Under the pieces are notes generated by a model. That model did no database searches. It saw only the letters and a program-made list of their open reading frames with translations, and was not told the DNA's origin. A program made the translations under genes and the position numbers. DNA of 64,000 bases, from the NCBI GenBank assembly GCA_041738795.1, contig JBGSPB010000015.1, positions 108,227 to 172,226 of the forward strand, read 5' to 3'. Shown piece by piece: positions 34,042 through 43,474 of this stretch (position 1 is its first letter; every line of letters starts with the position of its first letter). Origin of the DNA: Chitinophagaceae bacterium. GTDB taxonomy: Bacteria > Bacteroidota > Bacteroidia > Chitinophagales > Chitinophagaceae.

Positions 34042-35607
34042 ATGCAAAAGACAATTTCACTCCAATTGCTGCCATCGGAAGCAGCCAATGACACCACTAT
34101 TAAAAAATATATCGCAAAGGCTGAAGCAATAAAGGTACCTGCGATTAGTGGTTTTACTATACTAAAACAGTCCATTGACGCCAGGGGCAGGCAGCCCTGG
34201 ATCAATCTTTCCCTGAAAGCCTATATCAATGAACCCTTTCAGCAACGGGAAATGTTGTCATTTGATTTTAAAGATGTAAAAAATGCTGAACGAACAATCA
34301 TTATAACAGGAGCCGGCCCGGCAGGCTTATTTGCTGCGCTACAGTTAATTGAATCAGGCATTAAACCTATCCTGCTTGAAAGAGGAAAAGACGTAAGAGC
34401 CCGGAGAAGAGACCTGGCTATTTTAAATAAAGAAGGAGTGATAAATCCTGAAAGTAATTATTGCTTTGGCGAAGGAGGTGCCGGTACATACAGCGATGGG
34501 AAACTTTATACCCGGAGCAGCAAGCGAGGAGACATCAACCGCATCCTTAACCTGTTTGTACATTTTGGGGCAGAAGAAAATATCTTATACGAATCTCATC
34601 CGCATATCGGCACGAACAAATTGCCGCATATCATCACAGCCATGCGGGAAAAAATAGTGGCTTGTGGCGGTGATTTTTTATTTGAAAAAAAAGTTACAGA
34701 TATTCTTATTAATGCGGATAAAATAACCGGTGTTAAAACATCAGATGGAAATGTTTTTGAAGCTGACGCTTTTATTCTTGCCACAGGCCACTCTGCAAGA
34801 GATATTTTTCAATTACTGTATTCCAAAAAATTATTGATCGAATCAAAACCATTTGCGTTAGGTGTAAGGGTTGAACATCCACAGGCATTGATTGACAGTG
34901 CTCAATACCATTGCCAGGTTCGTGGTGATTTTTTACCCCCTGCATCTTACAGTTGGGTACAACAGGTGGATGGCAAGGGAGTTTTCTCTTTTTGTATGTG
35001 TCCCGGTGGCATTATTGCACCGGCTGCCACCTCTCCCGGTGAACTGGTAGTAAATGGCTGGAGCCCTTCCAAACGGAATAATCCCTACGCAAACAGCGGC
35101 ATTGTAGTGACCGTAGAAGAAAAGGACATACAGGTTTTTAAACAACATGGACCTTTGGCGGCCATGTTCTTCCAGCAATCTGTAGAACAGAGGGCTTTTG
35201 AGGCAGGAGGAGGAAAATTTGCAGCACCTGCTCAACGATTAGTTGATTTTACAGAAAATAAATTGTCTTCTTCCCTGCCAGGTTGTTCTTATTTACCCGG
35301 GATTCGTTCCTCATCGCTAATAGACGTTTTGCCACCGGTCATTCATAAAAGCCTGCAACAGGCGTTTAAAGATTATGGCAGGAAGATGAGGGGTTATTAC
35401 ACCAATGAAGCGGTAGTGGTGGCCACAGAATCCAGAACCTCCTCTCCGGTTCGCATACCAAGAGACGCAGTTACTTTGCAACACCCACAACTTAAAAATC
35501 TATACCCTTGTGGAGAAGGAGCCGGGTATGCAGGTGGAATTGTAAGTGCAGCTATGGATGGAGAAAAAGTAGCTAAACAAATAATAACAATACTTAAAGC
35601 AACCTGA
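34042..35607 (+). CDS. Uncharacterised FAD-dependent oxidoreductase
   Basis: GAGPAG Rossmann motif, FGEGGAGTYSDGKL, FCMCPGG, ESRTSSPVRI, GEGAGYAGGIVSAAMDG. Confidence 0.9.
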   Translation: MQKTISLQLLPSEAANDTTIKKYIAKAEAIKVPAISGFTILKQSIDARGRQPWINLSLKAYINEPFQQREMLSFDFKDVKNAERTIIITGAGPAGLFAALQLIESGIKPILLERGKDVRARRRDLAILNKEGVINPESNYCFGEGGAGTYSDGKLYTRSSKRGDINRILNLFVHFGAEENILYESHPHIGTNKLPHIITAMREKIVACGGDFLFEKKVTDILINADKITGVKTSDGNVFEADAFILATGHSARDIFQLLYSKKLLIESKPFALGVRVEHPQALIDSAQYHCQVRGDFLPPASYSWVQQVDGKGVFSFCMCPGGIIAPAATSPGELVVNGWSPSKRNNPYANSGIVVTVEEKDIQVFKQHGPLAAMFFQQSVEQRAFEAGGGKFAAPAQRLVDFTENKLSSSLPGCSYLPGIRSSSLIDVLPPVIHKSLQQAFKDYGRKMRGYYTNEAVVVATESRTSSPVRIPRDAVTLQHPQLKNLYPCGEGAGYAGGIVSAAMDGEKVAKQIITILKAT

Positions 35608-35708
35608 TGCACCCTTATAAATGCATTTCACGCATCTATTTATGCCACTTACCGATTAAAACTCAGCATTTCGCAAGGACTACTAATTTTACACTTTAAA
35701 CCAACTAT

Positions 35709-36647
35709 ATGCCTTCAATCCTGGAACTTCAAAATCTGAAAAAATATTTCGCTACCCAAAAAGCTGTTGATGATATCAGCCTCAATGTAGAAAGAGGACA
35801 GATATTCGGACTGCTGGGACCTAATGGCGCAGGTAAGACCACACTCATCCGGATGATCACCGGCATTTTCTATCCTGATGAAGGACAGATCATTTTTGAT
35901 GGTAAAAAATTTGACCCTGTTAATGACGTTGGGCAGATTGGTTATATGCCGGAGGAAAGAGGACTCTACAAAAAAATGAAAATCGGCGAACAGGCTATGT
36001 ACCTGGCACAATTGAAAGGATTGAGCCATAAGGATGCGATGGCCAAGATCAAAAAATGGTTCATCAAATTTGAAATGGAAAGCTGGTGGAACAAAAAAGT
36101 GGAAGACCTGTCAAAGGGGATGGGACAGAAACTCCAATTTGTTACCACTGTTCTGCATGAACCAAAGTTGATCATTCTGGACGAACCTTTCAGTGGCCTG
36201 GACCCGGTAAACAGCAACCTGATCAAAGACGAAATCTATAACCTGGCAAAAAGTGGTTCTACCATCATCTTTAGTACCCACAGAATGGAGCAGGTGGAAG
36301 AAATCTGCAATCACATTGTCCTGGTCAATAAAGGAAAGAAAATACTGGACGGAACCGTGAAGCAGGTAAAACAGGAGTTTAAAGAAAATCTTTTTAGTAT
36401 AGGCACTGAACAAATGCTTTCTTCTCAAAACGGGAACGCCCCTTTCGAATTGGTGGGATCTGCTGATCATTCTCATGTAGTAAGGATAAAAGAAGGACAA
36501 ACGCCGAATAATGTGTTGCAATACTTATTGCAGCAGGGCACAGCTATTCATTCATTCAATGAAATCCTTCCTTCGCTGAATGATATTTTTATCAAACTGG
36601 TGGAAGGAACACCAACAGCCCGCCAGTTTCAAAAAGTGGAAGCATAA
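35709..36647 (+). CDS. ABC transporter ATP-binding protein (NatA-like)
   Basis: GPNGAGKT, LSKGM, ILDEPFSGLDP, STH. Confidence 0.95.
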   Translation: MPSILELQNLKKYFATQKAVDDISLNVERGQIFGLLGPNGAGKTTLIRMITGIFYPDEGQIIFDGKKFDPVNDVGQIGYMPEERGLYKKMKIGEQAMYLAQLKGLSHKDAMAKIKKWFIKFEMESWWNKKVEDLSKGMGQKLQFVTTVLHEPKLIILDEPFSGLDPVNSNLIKDEIYNLAKSGSTIIFSTHRMEQVEEICNHIVLVNKGKKILDGTVKQVKQEFKENLFSIGTEQMLSSQNGNAPFELVGSADHSHVVRIKEGQTPNNVLQYLLQQGTAIHSFNEILPSLNDIFIKLVEGTPTARQFQKVEA

Positions 36648-36672
36648 ATCATTTACCATTTAACCAACTATC

Positions 36673-37950
36673 ATGAATAAGATCTGGATTATCATAAAAA
36701 GAGAATACCTGACAAGAGTCAGAAAAAAAACATTTATTATTTCTACCCTGCTATTTCCCCTGCTGTACCTGGGTTTGATATTCGGGATGGGATTCATAGC
36801 AGAAAAAAGCAAGCAAAATCTCCATGTAGCGGTCATTGATTCATCCGGGTACTTCTCCAATGATGCGATCAATAAACAAAACCTTGCTGATAACAGTTCT
36901 GTACTCACACTTGTAAAAAGCAATACAGACAAAATAATAGCAGACCATAATGCTGAAGGCTATGATGGGTATATTATTATACCGGCAATCAACTGGAAAG
37001 AAGGTTCGGACAGTCTTTTCTTCAAAGCAAACAAATCATATGGCAGCGGTTCTACTGCAGCAGTAGAAGCTAAACTTAACCGGATATGGAATGAAATTAA
37101 AAACGACAGCCTGCAGATAGATACAGAAAAACAAACAATACTGGTAAAAAGTAAACTCAGGGTTTCTGCCAGGAATATTAAAGACGAGAATGCCAATGTA
37201 AAAACGGCTGAAGGGATTGGCTATGTGGCGGGTTTTCTTATCTATTTTATCCTGCTCATCTATGGTTCCCAGGTAATGATGGGTGTAATGGAAGAAAAAA
37301 CCAACAGGATCGCAGAGGTCATTGTATCCTCCGTAAAACCTTTCCAGATGATGCTGGGCAAGATTTTGGGTATCGGGCTGGTGGCGTTAACCCAGTTCTT
37401 TTTGTGGATTGCATTTGTTTTAATTGTCTATAATGTTGGTAAAGCTTCCGGCGCTGGTGGTGGTATGGCCACTGAAATGGTTGGAAGTATGCAAAAAATG
37501 TTTGCCAGTGTAAACGTACCATTGATCCTCTTTTGCTTTGGTTTCTACTTCCTTGCAGGCTTCTTTTTTTATGCATCCTTATACGGAGCTATTGGCAGTG
37601 CGGTGAATGAAGACATGCGGGAAGCACAATCATTGAGTTTCCCTATCACCATGCTTGTAATTATTTCAATTGCACTCATGACAGCTGCCATTTCAGACCC
37701 AACAGGGCCTATTGCTGTATGGGGAAGTATTATTCCTTTCAGCTCTCCCATTGTTATGATGGCGAGAATACCTTATGGGGTTCCCGGAACAGTTCCCGTT
37801 TGGCAACTGGCTCTTTCTATGGGCTTGCTGATCCTGGGTTTTATTTTTACAGTTTGGTTTGCAGGAAAAATTTACCGTACCGGCATCCTGATGTACGGCA
37901 AAAAACCAAGTTGGAAAGAAATGATCCGCTGGGCTTTCAGAAAAAACTAA
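36673..37950 (+). CDS. ABC-2 type permease (NatB/YhaP-like)
   Basis: REYLTRVR, VMEEKTNRIAEVIVSSV, multiple C-terminal TM helices, KIYRTGILMYG. Confidence 0.93.
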   Translation: MNKIWIIIKREYLTRVRKKTFIISTLLFPLLYLGLIFGMGFIAEKSKQNLHVAVIDSSGYFSNDAINKQNLADNSSVLTLVKSNTDKIIADHNAEGYDGYIIIPAINWKEGSDSLFFKANKSYGSGSTAAVEAKLNRIWNEIKNDSLQIDTEKQTILVKSKLRVSARNIKDENANVKTAEGIGYVAGFLIYFILLIYGSQVMMGVMEEKTNRIAEVIVSSVKPFQMMLGKILGIGLVALTQFFLWIAFVLIVYNVGKASGAGGGMATEMVGSMQKMFASVNVPLILFCFGFYFLAGFFFYASLYGAIGSAVNEDMREAQSLSFPITMLVIISIALMTAAISDPTGPIAVWGSIIPFSSPIVMMARIPYGVPGTVPVWQLALSMGLLILGFIFTVWFAGKIYRTGILMYGKKPSWKEMIRWAFRKN

Positions 37951-37969
37951 ACTTCCCATAGACCTGATT

Positions 37970-38001
37970 AAAATCCATCCGCTGATCAGCGGATGGATTT
38001 T
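37970..38001 (+). terminator. Terminator formed by a perfect 32-bp palindrome
   Basis: AAAATCCATCCGCTGA|TCAGCGGATGGATTTT followed by further Ts. Confidence 0.85.
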
Positions 38002-38041
38002 TTGTTAAAGTTTTCTTTATCTGTCCGGAAGAACAAAATAA

Positions 38042-38080
38042 TACGAAATCAATCGTATATTTGATACGAAATATTTCGTG
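38042..38080. promoter_or_regulatory. Two tandem TACGA-N6-TCGT(A/G) operators overlapping a TATATTTG promoter
   Basis: TACGAAATCAATCGTA (38042-38057) and TACGAAATATTTCGTG (38065-38080); -7 element at 38056-38063. Confidence 0.6.
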
Positions 38081-38115
38081 ATAATAATTAAACTCATTCA
38101 TTAAACTTTTCATTT

Positions 38116-38952
38116 ATGAAACCAACAACCTTCACAACCGGGCGGGTAGTGCTTGTTCTACTCACAATCGGTCTTACTATTGGTCTTGTATCATGGGACT
38201 ATAAACAATCTCCCGGCCAATACCAGCAATCGGCAACTGATACTGTTCCTAAAAAATCAAAAGACAGGGAAAAGAAAGTCCGGGACCTGGATGATGTACT
38301 CACTGAACTGGACAATGCCGACCTGAAAGTTGACATGGAGAAGATCCAGAAAGAAATAGCTGAAGCAATGAAGAACATAGATGGCGAGAAAATCAGGCTG
38401 GACATAGAAAAAGCCATGAAAGATGTGGACTTCGATAAAATAAAAAAAGAAGTCGAAACATCATTGGCCAAAGTCGACTGGAATAACATTCAAACTGAAC
38501 TGACAAATGCATTGAAAGATATTGATATGGCAAAGATCCAGCAGGAAGTGCAGGCATCCCTTGCCAAAGTGGACTGGGATAAAATGAAAACTGAACTGGA
38601 CAAAGTGAAAGATATTGATATGAAGAAACTGGAAGCCGAAATGAAGAAAGTAAAAGAAGAAATGAAAGACCTGGGGCCAAAAATGGAGAAAGAGTTACAA
38701 AAAGCAAAAGTGGAAATAGAAAAGGCAAAAGCTGAAATAAAAGAATATAAAGATTTTGTGAATGGCCTGGAAAGTGATGGACTGATCAACAAAAAAGAAG
38801 GCTACACCCTTAAACATAAGGACGGCGAACTCTTTATCAATGGAAAGAAGGCTTCAGAACAGACTTATAATAAATACCGCAACTTTCTTGATAAGCATAA
38901 AAAATTCAGTATCGAAAAAGATGATGATGACTTTGATATAGATATGGATTAA
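38116..38952 (+). CDS. Exported helical-repeat protein resembling the C-terminal tail of Bacteroidota M56/BlaR1-like proteins
   Basis: N-terminal hydrophobic segment, DTVP motif, 16-aa [VI]D repeats, C-terminal DGLI..YTLKHKDGELFINGKK..YNKY. Confidence 0.6.
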   Translation: MKPTTFTTGRVVLVLLTIGLTIGLVSWDYKQSPGQYQQSATDTVPKKSKDREKKVRDLDDVLTELDNADLKVDMEKIQKEIAEAMKNIDGEKIRLDIEKAMKDVDFDKIKKEVETSLAKVDWNNIQTELTNALKDIDMAKIQQEVQASLAKVDWDKMKTELDKVKDIDMKKLEAEMKKVKEEMKDLGPKMEKELQKAKVEIEKAKAEIKEYKDFVNGLESDGLINKKEGYTLKHKDGELFINGKKASEQTYNKYRNFLDKHKKFSIEKDDDDFDIDMD

Positions 38953-38986
38953 TGGATCCTGTTTACCAAAACCAGCCATGAAAAGC

Positions 38987-39012
38987 AAGAGTCCCGCTAA
39001 TGCGGGACTCTT
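38987..39012. terminator. Bidirectional intrinsic terminator
   Basis: AAGAGTCCCGC-TAAT-GCGGGACTCTT between convergent genes. Confidence 0.9.
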
Positions 39013-39032
39013 TTAGTTGAATTGAAGTTTTC

Positions 39033-39422
39033 TTATAATCCACCCACATTAAACGGTGAAGGCATAATTTCAAAATCACTATGCTGAATCATTTCAATAT
39101 TCATCTGGAAAGCTTCATCAGTCCTGATGACCACTTTGTCTTTAATGATTCTTTTGAAACCTGATTTTTCAAATACAAACTTATAAGTACCGGGTTTCAA
39201 TTCATCAAATGAAAATCCCCCGTCAAAATCACTTAAAACAATTTTTTCTTTCCTGGATGATAAGTATGCTGTAACACTTACATCTTTCAAAGGTTTTTTA
39301 GTTTCAGCATGCACCACTATGCCATTCAGCTCATCTTTTTTCCCATCGCCGGGACCATTAGTAGCATTGGCAGCAACAAAACCCAGTAGGCAAAATGCCA
39401 GCAGGATAGATTTTTGTTTCAT
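39033..39422 (-). CDS. Small exported carboxypeptidase-regulatory-like domain protein
   Basis: Likely start MKQKSILL at 39422; signal peptide; GIV..ETKKPLKDVSV..DFDGGFSFDELKPGTY. Confidence 0.8.
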   Translation of the reverse strand: MKQKSILLAFCLLGFVAANATNGPGDGKKDELNGIVVHAETKKPLKDVSVTAYLSSRKEKIVLSDFDGGFSFDELKPGTYKFVFEKSGFKRIIKDKVVIRTDEAFQMNIEMIQHSDFEIMPSPFNVGGL

Positions 39423-39490
39423 TGTACTTTTTTGAATGGTTTTAAAATAACCCTTCAGCACTTTTCGTTTTTTGGTGGTTTGGACTAAAA

Positions 39491-40444
39491 TTATAATTTT
39501 TTAACCGGATTTGACAAACCGTCCATAAAATCCTTCCACACATTTTTCACTATCTGATCAGCTGGTAAAATCTCATCCAGCAATGCACTTACCTGGCCAA
39601 TCTCCAACTCTCCTTCCTGTAAATCACCTTCAAACATCCCCTTCTTTGCCCTAGCCCTTCCCAATATCGTACTCAGCTCCTCTACCGTTGCCCCTCTTTG
39701 TTCTGCTTGTTGAACCTGCCTGAAAAAATCATTTTTCAACAACCGGACCGGGGTTAATTGTTTCAATGCAAGTTGTGTATCCCCCTCCATAGAGTTGATC
39801 ACCACATTCTTAAAATTGATATGAGACGAAGCCTCCTCGCAGGCTACAAAACGACTTCCCATCTGCACCCCTTCAGCCCCCAGCACCATAGCTGCCAGCA
39901 TTTGTCTACCGGTAGCAATACCTCCGGCCGCAATAACCGGGATCTTTACAGCATTCACCACCGCCGGAATCAAAACCAATGTTGTAGTTTCTTCTTTTCC
40001 ATTGTGGCCCCCGGCTTCAAAACCCTCCGCCACCACGGCATCACATCCGGCATCCTCCGCTTTTTTGGCAAACTTTGAAGAACTAACCACATGCACCACT
40101 GTTATTCCTTTTTCTTTTAACAGGCTGGTCCATGTTTTGGGATTTCCGGCTGATGTAAAAACAATCTTTACCTCTTCTTCAATAATAATTTGGATATGCT
40201 TATCAATATCAGGATATAATAAGGGCAGATTGACCCCAAAAGAACGATTGGTAGCTGTTTTACATTTCTGAATATGTTCTTTTAATACTTCTGGATACAT
40301 CGAACCGGCACCAATGATGCCAAGGCCTCCGGCATTACTTACTGCACTGGCAAGCCGCCAACCACTGGCCCAGATCATACCGGCCTGGATAATGGGTAAG
40401 TCAATGTTGAAGAGTTGGGTAATACGATTGGAGAAATGAATCAT
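39491..40444 (-). CDS. Nitronate monooxygenase family / FabK-like enoyl-ACP reductase
   Basis: PIIQAGM, AVSNAGGLG, EGFEAGGH, IAAGGI, GVQMGSRF, EIGQ. Confidence 0.9.
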   Translation of the reverse strand: MIHFSNRITQLFNIDLPIIQAGMIWASGWRLASAVSNAGGLGIIGAGSMYPEVLKEHIQKCKTATNRSFGVNLPLLYPDIDKHIQIIIEEEVKIVFTSAGNPKTWTSLLKEKGITVVHVVSSSKFAKKAEDAGCDAVVAEGFEAGGHNGKEETTTLVLIPAVVNAVKIPVIAAGGIATGRQMLAAMVLGAEGVQMGSRFVACEEASSHINFKNVVINSMEGDTQLALKQLTPVRLLKNDFFRQVQQAEQRGATVEELSTILGRARAKKGMFEGDLQEGELEIGQVSALLDEILPADQIVKNVWKDFMDGLSNPVKKL

Positions 40445-40532
40445 GGGTTAACTGTCATTAGTCAGGAGTAAAGATAACTAATGAATCCGGTCATCACTGC
40501 TGATCCAATACTCTTGTCACCAGACTTCTAAA

Positions 40533-41522
40533 CTATCCCAAATCAATACTAGTATTATCCCCGATATTCAGTGACCGGGATTCCCCGTGAAGATTGGTAT
40601 CGCTTCCGATAACAGAGTCGTCCAGCACAATATCAAAGAGATTGGAAAAAGATCCTATAATGGAGTCTTTAACAATAGAATAATCTACTGTTGTATTTTC
40701 TCCAATGGTAACATTGGGTCCGATAATGGAATTTTTAATAGTACAACCCTCACCAATACTTACAGGAGGAACGATCACTGTATTCTCAAACTGTCCTGCA
40801 TCAGTTTGCGGGGCAAATTTTTTAAGCAGTAAGGCGTTGGACTCCAAAAGTGTCTCCTTACGACCGCAGTCAAACCAGTTCTCTACTTTGAATGATTTGA
40901 ATTTAGCCCCGGCCTTGATCATACAATCAAGTGCATCGGTCAGGCTGTATTCTCCATGGCTGCGGAGTCCCTGCCGGATATTATTTTCCAGGCATTGGAA
41001 AAGCTGTTCGCTTTCTTTTATTTTATAAATACCCACCATCGCCATATTCGATTTTGGGATCTGGGGTTTCTCCACTACATGTTCAATATAACAGTCCTCA
41101 TTGATTTCCGCCACACCAAAATCACGGGGGTCATCCACTTTGCGCACACCAATCATGGAATCCGGACTGTTCACCACTTCCTTCACATCATATTCGCAGA
41201 TCGTATCGCCCAACACAACAAAAACTTCGTCCTGGTTTACCAGATTCCTGGTAAGGCGTACAGCATGGCCAACACCCTGCCGGTCTGTTTGGTGTACATA
41301 ATGAGCCACCAGGTCAGGATATTTGAGCTTTACATAATCTTCAATTTTTTCACCCAGGTACCCCACAATAAAAATAAACTCATCAATACCCGCTTCCTTT
41401 AACTGGTCAATAATAATGCTTAGTATCGTCTTTCCTGCAAGGGGAATGAGTGCTTTAGGTTGGGTATAACTATGCGGTCGCAATTTAGTGCCTGCTCCCG
41501 CTACTGGTATAATAGCTTTCAT
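40533..41522 (-). CDS. Sugar-phosphate nucleotidyltransferase with left-handed beta-helix tail
   Basis: AGAGTKLRP..PKAL, LGDT, FGVAE, VEKP, WFDCG, C-terminal hexapeptide repeats. Confidence 0.92.
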   Translation of the reverse strand: MKAIIPVAGAGTKLRPHSYTQPKALIPLAGKTILSIIIDQLKEAGIDEFIFIVGYLGEKIEDYVKLKYPDLVAHYVHQTDRQGVGHAVRLTRNLVNQDEVFVVLGDTICEYDVKEVVNSPDSMIGVRKVDDPRDFGVAEINEDCYIEHVVEKPQIPKSNMAMVGIYKIKESEQLFQCLENNIRQGLRSHGEYSLTDALDCMIKAGAKFKSFKVENWFDCGRKETLLESNALLLKKFAPQTDAGQFENTVIVPPVSIGEGCTIKNSIIGPNVTIGENTTVDYSIVKDSIIGSFSNLFDIVLDDSVIGSDTNLHGESRSLNIGDNTSIDLG

Positions 41523-41647
41523 GTATGAGCCAAAAAGGTTTTTCCGAAGGTTAATCCGGGGTAACTAATCAAAAGCCAACGAAAGTAACACTTTTAGCGT
41601 AAACAAAATTCTGTACAGTTTGCCGCTGTTCATTCCTTCTACTCACT

Positions 41648-41655
41648 TAATTTTG
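41648..41655 (+). promoter_or_regulatory. -7 promoter element immediately before the glyA start
   Basis: TAATTTTG-CGGC-ATG. Confidence 0.6.
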
Positions 41656-41659
41656 CGGC

Positions 41660-42934
41660 ATGCAAAAAGACACCCTTGTTTTCGAATTGATACGTAAAGA
41701 ACTGGACCGCCAGCGCAATGGAATCGAACTGATCGCCTCTGAAAATTTTACTTCGCTGCAGGTAATGCAGGCAATGGGAACTGTGCCTACTAACAAATAT
41801 GCCGAAGGCTATCCCGGCAAACGTTATTATGGCGGTTGTGAAGTGGTGGATGAAATTGAAAATCTCGCCATTGAAAGATTAAAAAAAGTATTTAATGCCA
41901 GTTGGGCCAATGTGCAACCACATAGTGGTGCATCCGCCAATGCTGCCGTTTTTTTGGCCGTGATGAAGCCAGGAGAAAAATTTATGGGCCTTGACCTTAG
42001 TATGGGTGGACACCTTACACACGGTAGCCCGGCTAATTTCAGTGGTAAAACATATCATGCTATTCATTATGGTGTAACCAAAGATGGTATTGTAGATTAT
42101 GAACAACTGGAAGCAAAGGCCCGTGCTGAAAAACCCAAGATGATCATCTGCGGTGCTTCAGCTTACAGCCGCGATTGGGATTACAAACGAATCCGTGCTG
42201 TGGCTGATGAGGTTGGAGCTATCGTTTTTGCAGATATTGCTCATCCGGCTGGTCTTATCGCATCGGGTTTATTGAACGATCCGTTCGATCATTGCCATAT
42301 TGTTTCCTCTACAACACATAAAACATTGCGTGGACCGAGGGGCGGTATCATCATGCTGCGCCATGATTTCGAAAATCCCTGGGGCATAAAAGATCCAAAA
42401 GGAAATTTAAGGACCATGAGCCAGTTGCTAGATCTCGCTGTTTTCCCTGGTTCTCAGGGTGGGCCGCTGGAGCATGTAATTGCTGCAAAAGCCGTGGCGT
42501 TTGGTGAAATCCTGACTGAAGATTTTAAGGCTTACGGTCAACAGGTAATCGCCAATGCACAAGCTATGGCGAAAGCATTTGTACACAGGGGTTACCAGCT
42601 CATCAGTAATGGAACAGACAATCATTTAATGCTGATTGACCTGCGCAATAAAAACCTGACTGGTAAAAAAGCACAGGAAACACTGGACAAAGCCCATATT
42701 ACTCTCAATAAAAATGCTGTACCTTTTGATGATAAATCACCTTTTGTCACTTCAGGTATAAGGGTGGGTGTGCCGGCTATCACCACCAGGGGTCTGAAAG
42801 AGGGACATATGGAAACAGTCGTTTCGTTAATAGACAAAGTTTTGATGAATGCAGATAATGAAGAGGTTATAGGTGCAGTGAAAAGTGAAGTGAAAGCATT
42901 TATGCAGCAATTTCCATTATATCCGGAGTTGTGA
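41660..42934 (+). CDS. glyA: Serine hydroxymethyltransferase
   Basis: [48 protein letters not shown]. Confidence 0.99.
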   Translation: MQKDTLVFELIRKELDRQRNGIELIASENFTSLQVMQAMGTVPTNKYAEGYPGKRYYGGCEVVDEIENLAIERLKKVFNASWANVQPHSGASANAAVFLAVMKPGEKFMGLDLSMGGHLTHGSPANFSGKTYHAIHYGVTKDGIVDYEQLEAKARAEKPKMIICGASAYSRDWDYKRIRAVADEVGAIVFADIAHPAGLIASGLLNDPFDHCHIVSSTTHKTLRGPRGGIIMLRHDFENPWGIKDPKGNLRTMSQLLDLAVFPGSQGGPLEHVIAAKAVAFGEILTEDFKAYGQQVIANAQAMAKAFVHRGYQLISNGTDNHLMLIDLRNKNLTGKKAQETLDKAHITLNKNAVPFDDKSPFVTSGIRVGVPAITTRGLKEGHMETVVSLIDKVLMNADNEEVIGAVKSEVKAFMQQFPLYPEL

Positions 42935-42976
42935 TAATGTTGTAGTTTCAAATATTGTTACGCTAAATAGTAAGTT

Positions 42977-43399
42977 ATGATTCAACGTCAGCAAACACTC
43001 TGGTTGTTATTATCAACTGCAGCAGCCATTTTTAGTTTTATGTTTCCATTTGTGGTTGGCGATGAGATGCAACAAAACAGCCCAAGCCCTGTCCGCACGG
43101 TGATAGATGCAGGCAGTAATTTTTTCCTGTTGTTGCTGACCGGGGGATCACTAATCTTATCTACCGTAATTATTTTTCTTTTTAAAAACCGCAAACAGCA
43201 GATTTGGCTTTGCCTGCTGGGAATCCTGGTGGCAGGCCTGTTGATCCTTCTCTATGTAATGGAAATGAATAAACTTATAAAACCAATACCGGCTCTTACT
43301 TCAGTACTCCCTTTATTTATCCTGATCGGTTATTTCATGGCATTTCGTAACATACGTAAAGATGAAAAACTGGTAAAAAGCCTCGATAAACTTCGTTAA
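42977..43399 (+). CDS. DUF4293 family membrane protein
   Basis: MIQRQQTLWLLL start, IFLFKNRKQQ, C-terminal AFRNIRKDEKLVKSLDKLR. Confidence 0.88.
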   Translation: MIQRQQTLWLLLSTAAAIFSFMFPFVVGDEMQQNSPSPVRTVIDAGSNFFLLLLTGGSLILSTVIIFLFKNRKQQIWLCLLGILVAGLLILLYVMEMNKLIKPIPALTSVLPLFILIGYFMAFRNIRKDEKLVKSLDKLR

Positions 43400-43420
43400 T
43401 CCGAAGATTACAATTTTATA

Positions 43421-43458
43421 AATAGTAACGGCTGTCTCTAGGGACAGCCGTTACTATT
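43421..43458. terminator. Bidirectional intrinsic terminator
   Basis: AATAGTAACGGCTGTC-TCTAGG-GACAGCCGTTACTATT perfect 16-bp stem. Confidence 0.9.
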
Positions 43459-43474
43459 ATCAAACCACATTTAC

